The notes: a model not told the origin generated them from the sequence alone. DNA of 64,000 nucleotides from Vulcanimicrobiaceae bacterium (GCA_035505475.1 DATJQT010000246.1:1632-65631); one strand, 5' to 3'; positions 1-8,572 are shown, counted from the stretch's first letter. Program-made: numbers and translations.

Positions 1-1083
1 GCGCGTTCCGCGGGCACTGGTCATCAGGTCCAACCCACGCACCGCCAGGCCGGGGCGATCCTCGAGCCCGTACAACAGGACCCGCTTGCCTTCAGCGCGG
101 GCCCGTTCGGCCAACCGCCGGCAGACGGGATCGTCGGCGTTGATCACGGCGGGCGCCCCGGCCGGGAGCGCCGCGATCAGCTCGTATTTCGCCTCGGCGA
201 TCCGCTCGGGCGTGCCGAACCGTTCCAGGTGCTGCACGCCGACGGCCGTGAGAATCCCGAGCGCGGGGTGGACGAGATCGCAGACCTCCCGGATTTCGCC
301 CGGCCCGTAGGCGGACATCTCGACGACGAAGTACTGGTAGTCGTCTCGGAGATCCTCGCGGACAACGCGGGTGATACCCATCGTGGTATTCACGCCGGCC
401 GGCGTCTTGAACACGCGGTAGGCGATGCCTAAGAGGTCGGCCACGACGTACTTGGTCGAGGTCTTGCCGTAGCTGCCGGTGATGCCGAGGACTCGGCCCG
501 GGAACTGCCGCATCCGCGCCTGCGCCTGCGCGAGGTACCGCAGGCCCAACGCCCGCTCGCCGGGCCCGGCAACCGCGGCCGCGATCCACACCAGCGCGGG
601 AACTGCAAGGTCGAGGACCGCCAAGGCGCCGACCGCACCAGCGACCCACCAGAACGGAGGCAGTCCGACGACCGCCGCGCGGACGAGCGCGCCCAACAGC
701 AGACCCCCCCCGATCGCCGCGAGCGAGACGACACGAACAGCCCGCGCGGTCCATCCCAGACGTTGGCTGACCTGCAATGACCGGAACGTGCGCAGGAGCG
801 CCTGGCCGCCGCCCCACCAGGCGATAACCGGCCCCAGGAAGGGAAGCCCGGCGAGCGTGAGGACGATTGCAACACCGACGGTTCCAGCGTGAATCCCGAT
901 CGTGGCAGGCGGGAGGACCTGTCGCCAGTGCCGGGCCATCCACCCACGATAGCGACCGGCCATGTAGCGTTCGAGTTGCAGGACGTACAGGCAGTCTGTC
1001 GCGCGGTCACCAATGACGAAGAAAGACGGCACGAACCATGCCAGCGTACTGCGCAGTTTTCCGCCCCTCGTTGCCGCCGTCAC
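1..1083 (-). CDS. Mur ligase family protein with a MurF-like P-loop/middle domain and a hydrophobic N-terminal region (3' end runs off the left edge)
   Basis: Own translation of a - strand frame that is absent from the ORF track because it has no stop in the window. It reads ...FPGRVLGITGSYGKTSTKYVVADLLG...NTTMGITRVV...VVEMSAYGPGEI...GILTAVGVQHLERFGTPERIAEAKYELI...AVINADD. The ~190 aa before the P-loop contain three long hydrophobic stretches. The GTG at 1083 overlaps the upstream gene's stop (GTGA). The frame is open and GC3-rich throughout. Confidence 0.8.
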   Translation of the reverse strand, partial: MTAATRGGKLRSTLAWFVPSFFVIGDRATDCLYVLQLERYMAGRYRGWMARHWRQVLPPATIGIHAGTVGVAIVLTLAGLPFLGPVIAWWGGGQALLRTFRSLQVSQRLGWTARAVRVVSLAAIGGGLLLGALVRAAVVGLPPFWWVAGAVGALAVLDLAVPALVWIAAAVAGPGERALGLRYLAQAQARMRQFPGRVLGITGSYGKTSTKYVVADLLGIAYRVFKTPAGVNTTMGITRVVREDLRDDYQYFVVEMSAYGPGEIREVCDLVHPALGILTAVGVQHLERFGTPERIAEAKYELIAALPAGAPAVINADDPVCRRLAERARAEGKRVLLYGLEDRPGLAVRGLDLMTSARGTR

Positions 1084-1850
1084 CACGCGCCACCTGCCTG
1101 CAGAAACCCGATCAGTTCGTGCTGAAATGCCTCCGGCGCATCCTGAAACGGAAAATGTCCGGCCTCCGGAAACACCACCATGCGCGCTTCAGGAATCTGC
1201 GCCGCCATCACTTCAACCGCCCGGCGTCCGACCTCGCGGTCCTGATCGCCCCAGAGCAACACCGTAGGCGCCTTGATCGCTGGAAGCAGCGGCGCCAGAT
1301 CTTCGTTCACCACGCGGACCAGCGTCGGCCGGAGCGCGCCGGCCTGCCGATAATCCTGCGAGCCAACCCGTTCCCGCCAGCGGTCCAACGCCCACGCCAT
1401 CGCCCCGCCCATCAGGGGGAGGTGCGACCCGGCCTTGAGCAATTTGGCGGTCGCGACGAGCATCCTGCTCTTGAAGCCGCGCGGCGGCCGGACGCCCGCG
1501 CTCGCCACCAGCACCAGCCGCGCCACGCGCTCGGGGTATCGTGCCGCCAGAGCGATGGCCACCCGGCCGCCGAATGAGTGGCCGAGCACCGCCGCCTTTG
1601 GTATCGCGAGGTGGTCTAACAGCGCCGTCACATGCGCCAGGTATTCGAATACACCCCACGCCTGGGGGGGTGGGGCACTCCACCCGAACCCCGGCAGATC
1701 CACGCTTACTACCCGATACATGCGCGCGAGCGCCGCGGCGGTCCCGGCCAGGGCCTCGCTGGACGAGCCCCAGCCGTGCAGCAAGAGGACCGGGCTGCCG
1801 GCGCCGGCATCGCGGTAGTGCGTCTCGACATTCTGGATCCGGATCAGCAC
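1080..1850 (-). CDS. alpha/beta-fold hydrolase
   Basis: 256-aa ORF with LLLHGWGSS (oxyanion region), the VLGHSFGG nucleophile elbow (GxSxG) and C-terminal EAGHFPFQD (catalytic His region). The GTG start lies 12 nt after the murE stop. Confidence 0.85.
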   Translation of the reverse strand: MLIRIQNVETHYRDAGAGSPVLLLHGWGSSSEALAGTAAALARMYRVVSVDLPGFGWSAPPPQAWGVFEYLAHVTALLDHLAIPKAAVLGHSFGGRVAIALAARYPERVARLVLVASAGVRPPRGFKSRMLVATAKLLKAGSHLPLMGGAMAWALDRWRERVGSQDYRQAGALRPTLVRVVNEDLAPLLPAIKAPTVLLWGDQDREVGRRAVEVMAAQIPEARMVVFPEAGHFPFQDAPEAFQHELIGFLQAGGAW

Positions 1851-1862
1851 CAGGCCACCCCA

Positions 1863-3392
1863 TCAGTGGTCCTCTGCGGGGGAGCCGCTGGGCGCACCAA
1901 AGCCCAGGTCCGCCAAAGCCTCGCGTGCCACAACGCGGTCGTCGAAGGGGATCGTGCGGTCTCGGAGGATCTGGTAGGCTTCGTGCCCTTTACCTGCGAG
2001 CACCACGATATCGCCGCTTCGCGCGCGCGCCAAAGCGGCACCGATGGCCTCGCGTCGGTCGGGGATATTAGCATGAGTCATTCCGGGGCGGGAACCCTTT
2101 TTGACCCCGCGCTCGATTTCTTGCAAGATTGCGCGCGGATCCTCGCTGCGCGGATTGTCGGAGGTGAGAAACAATTCGTCGGCCAATCCTGCCGCGACCG
2201 CGCCCATCAGCGGGCGCTTGCCGCGATCGCGGTCGCCCCCGCAACCGAACACGACCAGCACTCGCCCGGCGGCATACTCCCGCGCGACCGTCAGCACCCG
2301 CTGCAGCGCATCCGGCGTGTGGGCATAATCAACCACCGCACCAAACGGCTGCCCGGCCTCGATCTTCTCGAACCGGCCCGGCACCGCCGCCAGGCTCGCA
2401 ATGCCCGCTTCGACCGCCTGCGGCGAAATGCCGAGGGACAGCCCCGCGCCGACTGCGCCGAGGATGTTGGCTAGGTTGTGCCGGCCGACCAGGCGAGAGT
2501 GCACCGCCAGCGGACCCCAGGGCGTGCTGAGTGTAGCCTGGATGCCTGCGAGGTCGAACCGCGAGGCGCGCGGAAAGAGATCGGTCTCGCGCTCCATGCT
2601 GAAGCGCAGCACCCGCGCCGCGGTTTCGCGCACCATGCGCTCTGCCCAGGGATCATCCCCATTGAGAACCGCTGCCGGATCGCGCGGCTTGGTCCGCTCC
2701 TGGCCGAGCGCCTCGAAGAGGAGCGCCTTGGCGTCGGCGTACTGCTCCATCGTGCCGTGGAAGTCGAGATGATCCTGGGTGAGATTGGTGAAGATGGCGA
2801 CATCGAACTCGCAGCCGACGACGCGCGAGAGGACGAGCGAGTGGGACGAGACCTCCATCGCCGCCCCCCACGCCCCCAGATCGGCCATGCGCCGCAGCAG
2901 CCGCTGCAAATCGCTGGACTCCGGTGTGGTCCGCTCGCCGGGAAACGTTTGGCCGGCACAGCGGTACTCGATCGTCCCGAGCAGTCCGGCCTGGTACCCG
3001 GCCGCCCGCAGGATCGCTTCGACGAGGTAGGCGGTGGTCGTCTTGCCGTTGGTCCCGGTCACCCCGACGAGACGTAGCGCGCGGCTGGGTTCGCCATAAA
3101 AGCGGGCTGCCATGCGGGCTAATGCGATACGGCTGTCGGCGGCCCGGAGGACGGTCAGGCTCGCCGGGATCGCGAGGGTGGCGGAATCGGTCTCGACCAC
3201 GACCGCGCGCGCGCCGCGGCGCGCCGCCTCGGCGATGAAGGCATGCCCGTCCTGCCGGAAGCCACGGATGCAGACAAACAGGTTGCCCGGCTCAACGCGC
3301 CGCGAATCGTGCTCCACCCCGGTGATATCGCAATCGAGCGTACCCGTCACTGCCACCGGCTGCCAGGCCGCCAGCAGCTCTGAGAGTCTCAT
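1863..3392 (-). CDS. murE: UDP-N-acetylmuramoyl-L-alanyl-D-glutamate--2,6-diaminopimelate ligase
   Basis: MRLSELL... with the GVTGTNGKTTTAYL P-loop and the TSDNPRSEDP motif. The ATG at 3392 overlaps the ftsI stop (ATGA). The longer track ORF (to 3938) overlaps ftsI and was rejected. Confidence 0.9.
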   Translation of the reverse strand: MRLSELLAAWQPVAVTGTLDCDITGVEHDSRRVEPGNLFVCIRGFRQDGHAFIAEAARRGARAVVVETDSATLAIPASLTVLRAADSRIALARMAARFYGEPSRALRLVGVTGTNGKTTTAYLVEAILRAAGYQAGLLGTIEYRCAGQTFPGERTTPESSDLQRLLRRMADLGAWGAAMEVSSHSLVLSRVVGCEFDVAIFTNLTQDHLDFHGTMEQYADAKALLFEALGQERTKPRDPAAVLNGDDPWAERMVRETAARVLRFSMERETDLFPRASRFDLAGIQATLSTPWGPLAVHSRLVGRHNLANILGAVGAGLSLGISPQAVEAGIASLAAVPGRFEKIEAGQPFGAVVDYAHTPDALQRVLTVAREYAAGRVLVVFGCGGDRDRGKRPLMGAVAAGLADELFLTSDNPRSEDPRAILQEIERGVKKGSRPGMTHANIPDRREAIGAALARARSGDIVVLAGKGHEAYQILRDRTIPFDDRVVAREALADLGFGAPSGSPAEDH

Positions 3393-5086
3393 TCCGCACG
3401 TACCAGCCGCACGTTCTTGGGCGGCGATCCCGGGACCTTCAGGTACGCCAGTGTGTCGCGGGCGATCTCGCGAAAGGTCGGGGCGGCGATCGAACCGCCC
3501 CAGCGCAGAATCTCCGGCTCGTCGATGGTGACCAGGATCACGAGCTGGGGCGCCTCCGCCGGCACCGCCCCGACAAACGAGGCAACGATCTTCTTGTGCG
3601 AATACTTGCCGGTTGCCGGATCCACCTTCTGCGCCGTCCCGGTCTTGCCGGCCACCGAATACCCCGGCACCGCAGCCTCTTTCCCCGTACCCTCTTCGAC
3701 CACGCCCGTGAGTATATCCATCAGCGTGCGGGCGGTCGGCTCCGAGATCACGCGCCGCACCACGGCCGGCTCGACAGGCCGGATCAGCGAGCCGTCTTGC
3801 GCGACGAGGCGCTGCACCACGTGGGGGCGCATCAAAGTGCCGCCATTGGCCACCGCGGCAAACGCCGTGGCGTACTGCAGGGGTGTGACCGAGATCTCCT
3901 GGCCCATGGATAGGACCGACAGCGAAAGCGCGGACCACGCCTTGGGGCGCCGAATGAGTCCCGGCGTCTCGCCCGGCAGGTCCACCCCGGTAAGGGTGCC
4001 GAACCCGAAGGCGCTGATGTAATGATAGTACAGGCTTTTGCCGAGTTTTTGCCCGATCTTAATCACGCCCACGTTGCTCGAGTGCGTGATGATCTGCCGT
4101 ACGGTCAGCCAGCCGTACTTCTCGTGGTCCCGGATCGTCACGCCGCCCACCTGGATTGCACCATTTTCGCCGTAGAACTGATCGGTGGGCCGGACGATCC
4201 CCTCTTCCAGCGCGCCGGCGGCAAGGATCACCTTGAAGATCGAGCCGGGCTCGAAATAGTCGGTCGTAGTCCGGTTGCGCCGCGCCGCGGCCTGGGCGCG
4301 GTGGTAGTCGTTGGGGTCGTACGTCGGCTGGTTGGCGAGGGCGAGCACTTCACCCGTCCGGGGATCGAGCACGACCGCGGTGCCCGCCTTGGCGCGCGAA
4401 TGCTCCACCGCCTTCGCCAGCTCGCGCTCGGCGATATACTGGATCACCTTGTCGATCGTCAGGTGGACGTCGAAGATCGGCGTGCGCGGCTCGGGCTCTT
4501 CCTGGCGAAAGACCAGTCGCCCCAAGGCGTCCTGCTGCGCGACGACGAAGGTGGGTTTGCCGCCGAGTGGGTCGTCATACAGGTGCTCGATGCCCTCGAG
4601 CCCGCGGTCGTCGACGCCGACCATGCCGAGCACGTGCGCGGCCAGGTCCTGGTTGGGGTAGTAGCGGCGACTTTCGGGGAACAGGCCGATGCCCTTGAGG
4701 CCGAGGTCCGCGACCGCTTCTGCGCGGCGGGAGTCGAGCTGCCGCTCGATCCAGACGAACGGCTTGTCTGTGGCGAGCTTTCCGCGGATCTCCTCGACGG
4801 GCCGTCCCAGGATCGGCGCGAGAGCCTTGGCGGTCTCGGCGGCGTTCTCGATAACGCCCGGCTGGGCAAAGACGGAGGAGACGCGCAGGCTGACCGCTAA
4901 TTCGAGGCCGCTCCGGTCGTAGATGGTGCCACGCCGCGAGACGAGCGGGACGAGGCGTTGGTACTGCTTACTGGCGATCTCGGTGAGGCGGTCGCTCTGG
5001 CGGATCTGGATCGTAAAGAGCTTGGCACCCACGCTGGCGAGGCCCAGCAAGAGGATGAGGAAGACGGCCAGAATGCGCCCGTGCAT
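3389..5086 (-). CDS. ftsI: penicillin-binding protein 3-type transpeptidase (class B PBP)
   Basis: N-terminal TM segment, then the SxxK (GSIFKV), SxN (HSSNVG) and KTG (AGKTGTAQK) motifs. It sits between ftsL and murE. Confidence 0.9.
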   Translation of the reverse strand: MHGRILAVFLILLLGLASVGAKLFTIQIRQSDRLTEIASKQYQRLVPLVSRRGTIYDRSGLELAVSLRVSSVFAQPGVIENAAETAKALAPILGRPVEEIRGKLATDKPFVWIERQLDSRRAEAVADLGLKGIGLFPESRRYYPNQDLAAHVLGMVGVDDRGLEGIEHLYDDPLGGKPTFVVAQQDALGRLVFRQEEPEPRTPIFDVHLTIDKVIQYIAERELAKAVEHSRAKAGTAVVLDPRTGEVLALANQPTYDPNDYHRAQAAARRNRTTTDYFEPGSIFKVILAAGALEEGIVRPTDQFYGENGAIQVGGVTIRDHEKYGWLTVRQIITHSSNVGVIKIGQKLGKSLYYHYISAFGFGTLTGVDLPGETPGLIRRPKAWSALSLSVLSMGQEISVTPLQYATAFAAVANGGTLMRPHVVQRLVAQDGSLIRPVEPAVVRRVISEPTARTLMDILTGVVEEGTGKEAAVPGYSVAGKTGTAQKVDPATGKYSHKKIVASFVGAVPAEAPQLVILVTIDEPEILRWGGSIAAPTFREIARDTLAYLKVPGSPPKNVRLVRAE

Positions 5087-5141
5087 GTTGCCCCCGCCTC
5101 CTGTCAGCCTCTGGCCCGCCGCGGTCCCCGGGCGCTCGGAC

Positions 5142-5510
5142 CTACTGAATGGGTGTCTCGGGGAGGATCACCACCTGCCCGGGCTTCGGCGTCACCATGC
5201 CAAGCTCGCGGCGCGCGATCTCTTCTACGCGCCGCAGCGACTGCAACTGGCCAGCCTCCAGCTTGAGCGCCTTATTCTCCTGCACGAGCTTGGCGTGCGT
5301 TTCCCGCAGCCGCTCGAGCGCATATCCCTGCCGGACGACGTGCACGTGCTGCCAGACGTAGAACAGGGCGCCGGCCAGACAGAGCAGGCCGAGGCCCGCC
5401 AGTGAGACTGCGTCCACCCACTCCCACCAGCGGTGCCGCCGCGCCCGGCGCGACCGCCCGGCTACGCGTACACTGCCTGCGGTGCCCAGCGCGGGCGAGA
5501 TCTGCGCCAT
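5142..5510 (-). CDS. ftsL: cell division protein FtsL-like (single TM plus coiled coil)
   Basis: 122 aa with one hydrophobic span (VSLAGLGLLCLAGALFYVW) followed by a heptad-like region (LERLRETHAKLVQENKALKLEAGQL). It holds the canonical slot between rsmH and ftsI. Confidence 0.65.
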   Translation of the reverse strand: MAQISPALGTAGSVRVAGRSRRARRHRWWEWVDAVSLAGLGLLCLAGALFYVWQHVHVVRQGYALERLRETHAKLVQENKALKLEAGQLQSLRRVEEIARRELGMVTPKPGQVVILPETPIQ

Positions 5511-5511
5511 C

Positions 5512-6411
5512 TTATGCCACCCGCGGCAATTCGATGACGCGTAGCTTGGCGCTGCGCGCGCGCGGATTGGCCGCGGCCTCGTCCGGTCCTGGCGTGATCG
5601 GCCGCTTGGTCACGATCTGGACGCCCGCCTCGGCGAGCCGCCGCCAGGTCTGTTTCACGATGCGGTCCTCGAGCGAGTGGAAGCTAATCGCCGCCGCGCG
5701 CCCGCCGGGTGCAAGCAGGCTGACACCGGCCTCCAGCGCCAGCCCGAGCCCGACCAGTTCCTCGTTCACCGCAATGCGAAGCGCCTGAAACGTCCGAGTG
5801 GCCGGGTGGATGTGGCGGGGCCAGAATCGGCGTGGAATGGCGCGGGCGACGACAGCCGCCAGCTGGCCGGTGGTCGTGATCGGCTCATGCGCCTGCGCCG
5901 TGACGATGGCGCGGGCGATGCGGCGCGACCAGCGCTCTTCGCCCCAGCGGTAGATCAGGTCGGCCAAGTCGCGTTCGGACAATCGCGCGACGAGGTCCGT
6001 CGCCGTCTCGCCTGTACGCCGGTTCATCCGCATGTCCAGCGGACCCTCCCGTCCGAAGGCAAAGCCTCGCTCCGGGCTGTCGAACTGCAACGAGGAGGCG
6101 CCCAGATCGAACAGCACCCCGTCGAAGGGCGCGGCGTCGCCGACCAAAGCTGGGAGATCTTCATACCGTCCCCCGATCAGCGTGAGCCGGCCACCGAACG
6201 CAGCCAGCCGGGCGCGGGTCAGGGCCAGGGCCTCGGGATCGCAATCGACGCCCGACAGGACGCCGTCCGGCGCCGATTTCAGGAGTAGCGCTTCCGCGTG
6301 CCCGCCCAATCCGACCGTCGCATCAAGGTAGCGGCCACCCGGCTTTGGCCGGAGGGCCGCCACGACCTCGGCCAACAACACCGGCGTATGCACGGGCGCC
6401 GGGCCGTCCAC
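5512..6411 (-). CDS. rsmH: 16S rRNA (cytosine1402-N4)-methyltransferase
   Basis: HTPVLLAEV, DATVGLGGHAEALL, FDLGASSLQFD and ISFHSLEDRIVK motifs. GTG start with GGAGG just upstream. Confidence 0.92.
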   Translation of the reverse strand: MDGPAPVHTPVLLAEVVAALRPKPGGRYLDATVGLGGHAEALLLKSAPDGVLSGVDCDPEALALTRARLAAFGGRLTLIGGRYEDLPALVGDAAPFDGVLFDLGASSLQFDSPERGFAFGREGPLDMRMNRRTGETATDLVARLSERDLADLIYRWGEERWSRRIARAIVTAQAHEPITTTGQLAAVVARAIPRRFWPRHIHPATRTFQALRIAVNEELVGLGLALEAGVSLLAPGGRAAAISFHSLEDRIVKQTWRRLAEAGVQIVTKRPITPGPDEAAANPRARSAKLRVIELPRVA

Positions 6412-6426
6412 ACTCCTCCCTCGCAG

Positions 6427-6798
6427 CTAGGCCGCGACCGACAGCGCGAGTTCCGACCCGGCATCGGCAAGCCGCTCCAGCGCTGCAGGCACGGAATCGA
6501 ACACCTGGAACAGCGAGTGCACCCTGAGCTCGACCAGTCGCGTGACCAGATCCGGACACAGGTTCGCCAGCGCGAGCGTGCCGTGCAACTCGCGCGCGCG
6601 GCACAGGCGCTCGACGAGGACGCCCAAGCTCATGGCATCCATCCGCTGGACCCCGGCGCAGTCTAGGATCAGCACGCGGACCCCTTCGGCCAGCAGGCTG
6701 GTGATGCCGTTCTTCATCTCCACCATGGTACGAATCCCGAGGTCCCCCTCGGCATCGATCACCGCCACCCGGTGCGCTTGCGACCAGCGGACCTGCAT
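6427..6798 (-). CDS. STAS-domain protein (SpoIIAA/RsbV-type anti-sigma-factor antagonist family)
   Basis: 123 aa: ...VAVIDAEGDLGIRTMVEMKNGITSLL..VRVLILDCAGVQRMDAMSLGVLVERL...TLALANLCPDLVTRLVELRVHSLFQVFDS. The ATG at 6798 is preceded by AGGAGG (6803-6810). The N-terminal part of the track ORF was rejected. Confidence 0.75.
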   Translation of the reverse strand: MQVRWSQAHRVAVIDAEGDLGIRTMVEMKNGITSLLAEGVRVLILDCAGVQRMDAMSLGVLVERLCRARELHGTLALANLCPDLVTRLVELRVHSLFQVFDSVPAALERLADAGSELALSVAA

Positions 6799-7024
6799 AG
6801 CTGTCCTCCTAGACGTAGGCGATGCGGTGCACGCGCGACCATTCGGGCCGCAGCGTGGCCGGAGGAAATAGCCGCAAAATTCGTGGCGGCTGTGGCTGGA
6901 ACGTAATGCCCAGGGCCGGGAGCTCCGGCGCAGTCCCCTGCGGTTGGGGCATTTGCGGCCGGCTGTCTCGTGCACGATCCATGGGTCCCCCTTGTGCCGT
7001 TGCGGCACGGTTGAGGTGGCGCGC

Positions 7025-7456
7025 CTAGATGCCGAGCTCTCCGAGTCGGGCCGACAGTTCCTCGGGCGGCGGGGCAGAGGCCAACTTCGCCTCCCAGCGC
7101 GCCTTGTCCCAAATCTCGATCGTATCCATCATGCCGATAATGATCACGTCCCGCCCGATCCCCGCTCGCTGACGCAAGCCCTGGGGGATCAGGATGCGTC
7201 CCTGCCCATCCAGATCAACGTCCTCTGCCGAGGAATAGACGAACCGCAGAAAATCGCGTTGTTCCCGCTTGAACTTTGGATTCGCCCGCAGGCGGTCTTC
7301 GATGGCCCGCCACTCGCCCAACGGATACACGGTCAGGTATGACTCGGCGCTAGTCAGGACGAGGGTCTTCTCTTCGCGCAGCGCCTCCCGGAATTTCGCC
7401 GGGATGCTGAGCCGGCCCTTTTCGTCAATGGCGTGCGTGAACTGGCCGCGAAACAT
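7025..7456 (-). CDS. mraZ: transcriptional regulator MraZ
   Basis: MFRGQFTHAIDEKGRLSIPAKFRE... plus a second half-repeat, DGQGRILIPQGLRQRAGI. It is the first gene of the dcw cluster. Confidence 0.92.
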   Translation of the reverse strand: MFRGQFTHAIDEKGRLSIPAKFREALREEKTLVLTSAESYLTVYPLGEWRAIEDRLRANPKFKREQRDFLRFVYSSAEDVDLDGQGRILIPQGLRQRAGIGRDVIIIGMMDTIEIWDKARWEAKLASAPPPEELSARLGELGI

Positions 7457-7460
7457 AACA

Positions 7461-7517
7461 CCCCACTTAGTGGTTATTAGTGGAGATATTACGCCACTAT
7501 TCCCCACTTCTCCCCAC
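7461..7517 (-). promoter_or_regulatory. candidate MraZ operator: phased GTGG(G/C)G direct repeats in the mraZ leader
   Basis: On the gene strand: GTGGGGA(7517-7511) GAA GTGGGGA(7507-7501) ATA GTGGCGT(7497-7491), giving exact 10-nt phasing. A further GTGGGG lies at 7466-7461. Two opposite-sense AGTGG cores sit 10 nt apart (7469-7473, 7479-7483). Confidence 0.6.
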
Positions 7518-7528
7518 CATTATGGCGG

Positions 7529-7558
7529 ACAATAGCTCGTTTGGAAATCGGCTGTCAA
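7529..7558 (-). promoter_or_regulatory. sigma70-type promoter upstream of mraZ (Pmra candidate)
   Basis: Gene strand reads TTGACA (7558-7553), an 18-nt spacer, then TATTGT (7534-7529). It lies immediately upstream of the GTGG repeat array, in an AT-richer spacer. Confidence 0.55.
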
Positions 7559-7703
7559 GAAATTTTGCGAGATTTTTTAAAGACTTGTGCGATTTTATGG
7601 AGGACTACCAGGCCTAGGGCTCTTTGATGGATCCCCACACAAGTTTTTGTGAAAAGCGGACATCCTATATCTCAATTTTATCGGAATCGCAGCGGATTGC
7701 CGG

Positions 7704-8558
7704 TTACACAGGGTCGGCTTGCAGGAACGCATTGTCGATGAGACGAGTGACCCCGAATCGCGCAGCGACCAGCGCGATGGCGCGGTCGTCGAGCGTGCTC
7801 AGCGGCTCCAGCGTCTCGGCGTCGCACACGGCCGCGTATTCGATCCGGGCCAGCGGGGCACTGGAGATCTGCCGCTCAAGGTCGGTGCGCACGCGCTGTA
7901 AGTCGCGCTCGCCGGCTCGGACGGACGCGGCCGCCGCCGACAGGGCCTGCGAGAGCACGGCCGCTTCCCGCCGCTCCTCCGGCGACAGATGCACGTTGCG
8001 GGAGCTGAGGGCCAGACCATCGGCTTCACGCACCGTAGGGAGGACGACGATATCGAGCCCGAGGTCGAGGTCCGCCACCAGCCGGCGCACGACCAGAGTC
8101 TGCTGGTAATCCTTCTGACCGAAATAGGCGCGGTGCGGCCGGCAGGCTGTAAACAGCTTGGTGCACACCGTGGCGACGCCACGAAAGTGGCCGGTGCGGG
8201 CGGCGCCTTCCCAGCGGGTGGTCAGCCCCTCCACCGTCACATGCGTCGCAAACTCTGGTGGGTACATCGTGTCGATCGAAGGGGCATAGATCACATCCAC
8301 GCCGGCCTGCTGGGCCAGCGTCGCATCTTGTTCGAGCACCCGTGGATAGCGCGCGAGGTCGTCTGGTCGGTCAAACTGCATCGGGTTGACGAACAGCGTC
8401 ATGATCACAAGCTCGGTGTCCGCCCGGCAGCGGGCCAGCAGACTGAGGTGGCCGGCGTGCAGCGCCCCCATGGTCGGCACGCAGCCGACCCGGCGCCCGG
8501 CACAGCGGGCCGCCTCGCTGATCCGCTGCATCGCCGCAGCGGTTGTGACGATCTCCAC
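7704..8558 (-). CDS. panC: pantoate--beta-alanine ligase
   Basis: GCVPTMGALHAGHLSL (HIGH-type motif) and FVNPMQF. GTG start with GGAGG 4 nt upstream. Confidence 0.92.
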   Translation of the reverse strand: MEIVTTAAAMQRISEAARCAGRRVGCVPTMGALHAGHLSLLARCRADTELVIMTLFVNPMQFDRPDDLARYPRVLEQDATLAQQAGVDVIYAPSIDTMYPPEFATHVTVEGLTTRWEGAARTGHFRGVATVCTKLFTACRPHRAYFGQKDYQQTLVVRRLVADLDLGLDIVVLPTVREADGLALSSRNVHLSPEERREAAVLSQALSAAAASVRAGERDLQRVRTDLERQISSAPLARIEYAAVCDAETLEPLSTLDDRAIALVAARFGVTRLIDNAFLQADPV

Positions 8559-8572
8559 AAGACCTCCGACTG

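Noticed and set aside
704-711. A C8/G8 homopolymer inside the MurF-like gene as a possible phase-variation tract.
   Set aside because: Given the visibly high G+C of this window, I would expect runs of 8 G or C to arise by chance several times (a rough mental estimate, not computed). There is no supporting evidence of variability.
1915-1930. A sigma54-like TGGCAC element (TGGCACgcgagGCTTT, - strand) and a general search for -24/-12 promoters, given the NtrC-type regulator at 59670-61031.
   Set aside because: The -12 TTGC element is missing, and the site lies inside the murE coding sequence. By eye I found no TGGCAC-N5-TTGC match in any intergenic spacer of the window.
3393-3938. Long N-terminal extensions offered by the ORF track: murE to 3938, lysA to 14647, dNK to 9373, ggt to 53437, radical SAM to 56630, queG to 47704 and yjbQ to 46241.
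   Set aside because: The extensions overlap the upstream gene in another frame or lack family-like sequence. Internal starts coincide with ATGA/GTGA coupling or good SD sequences and give family-typical N-termini.
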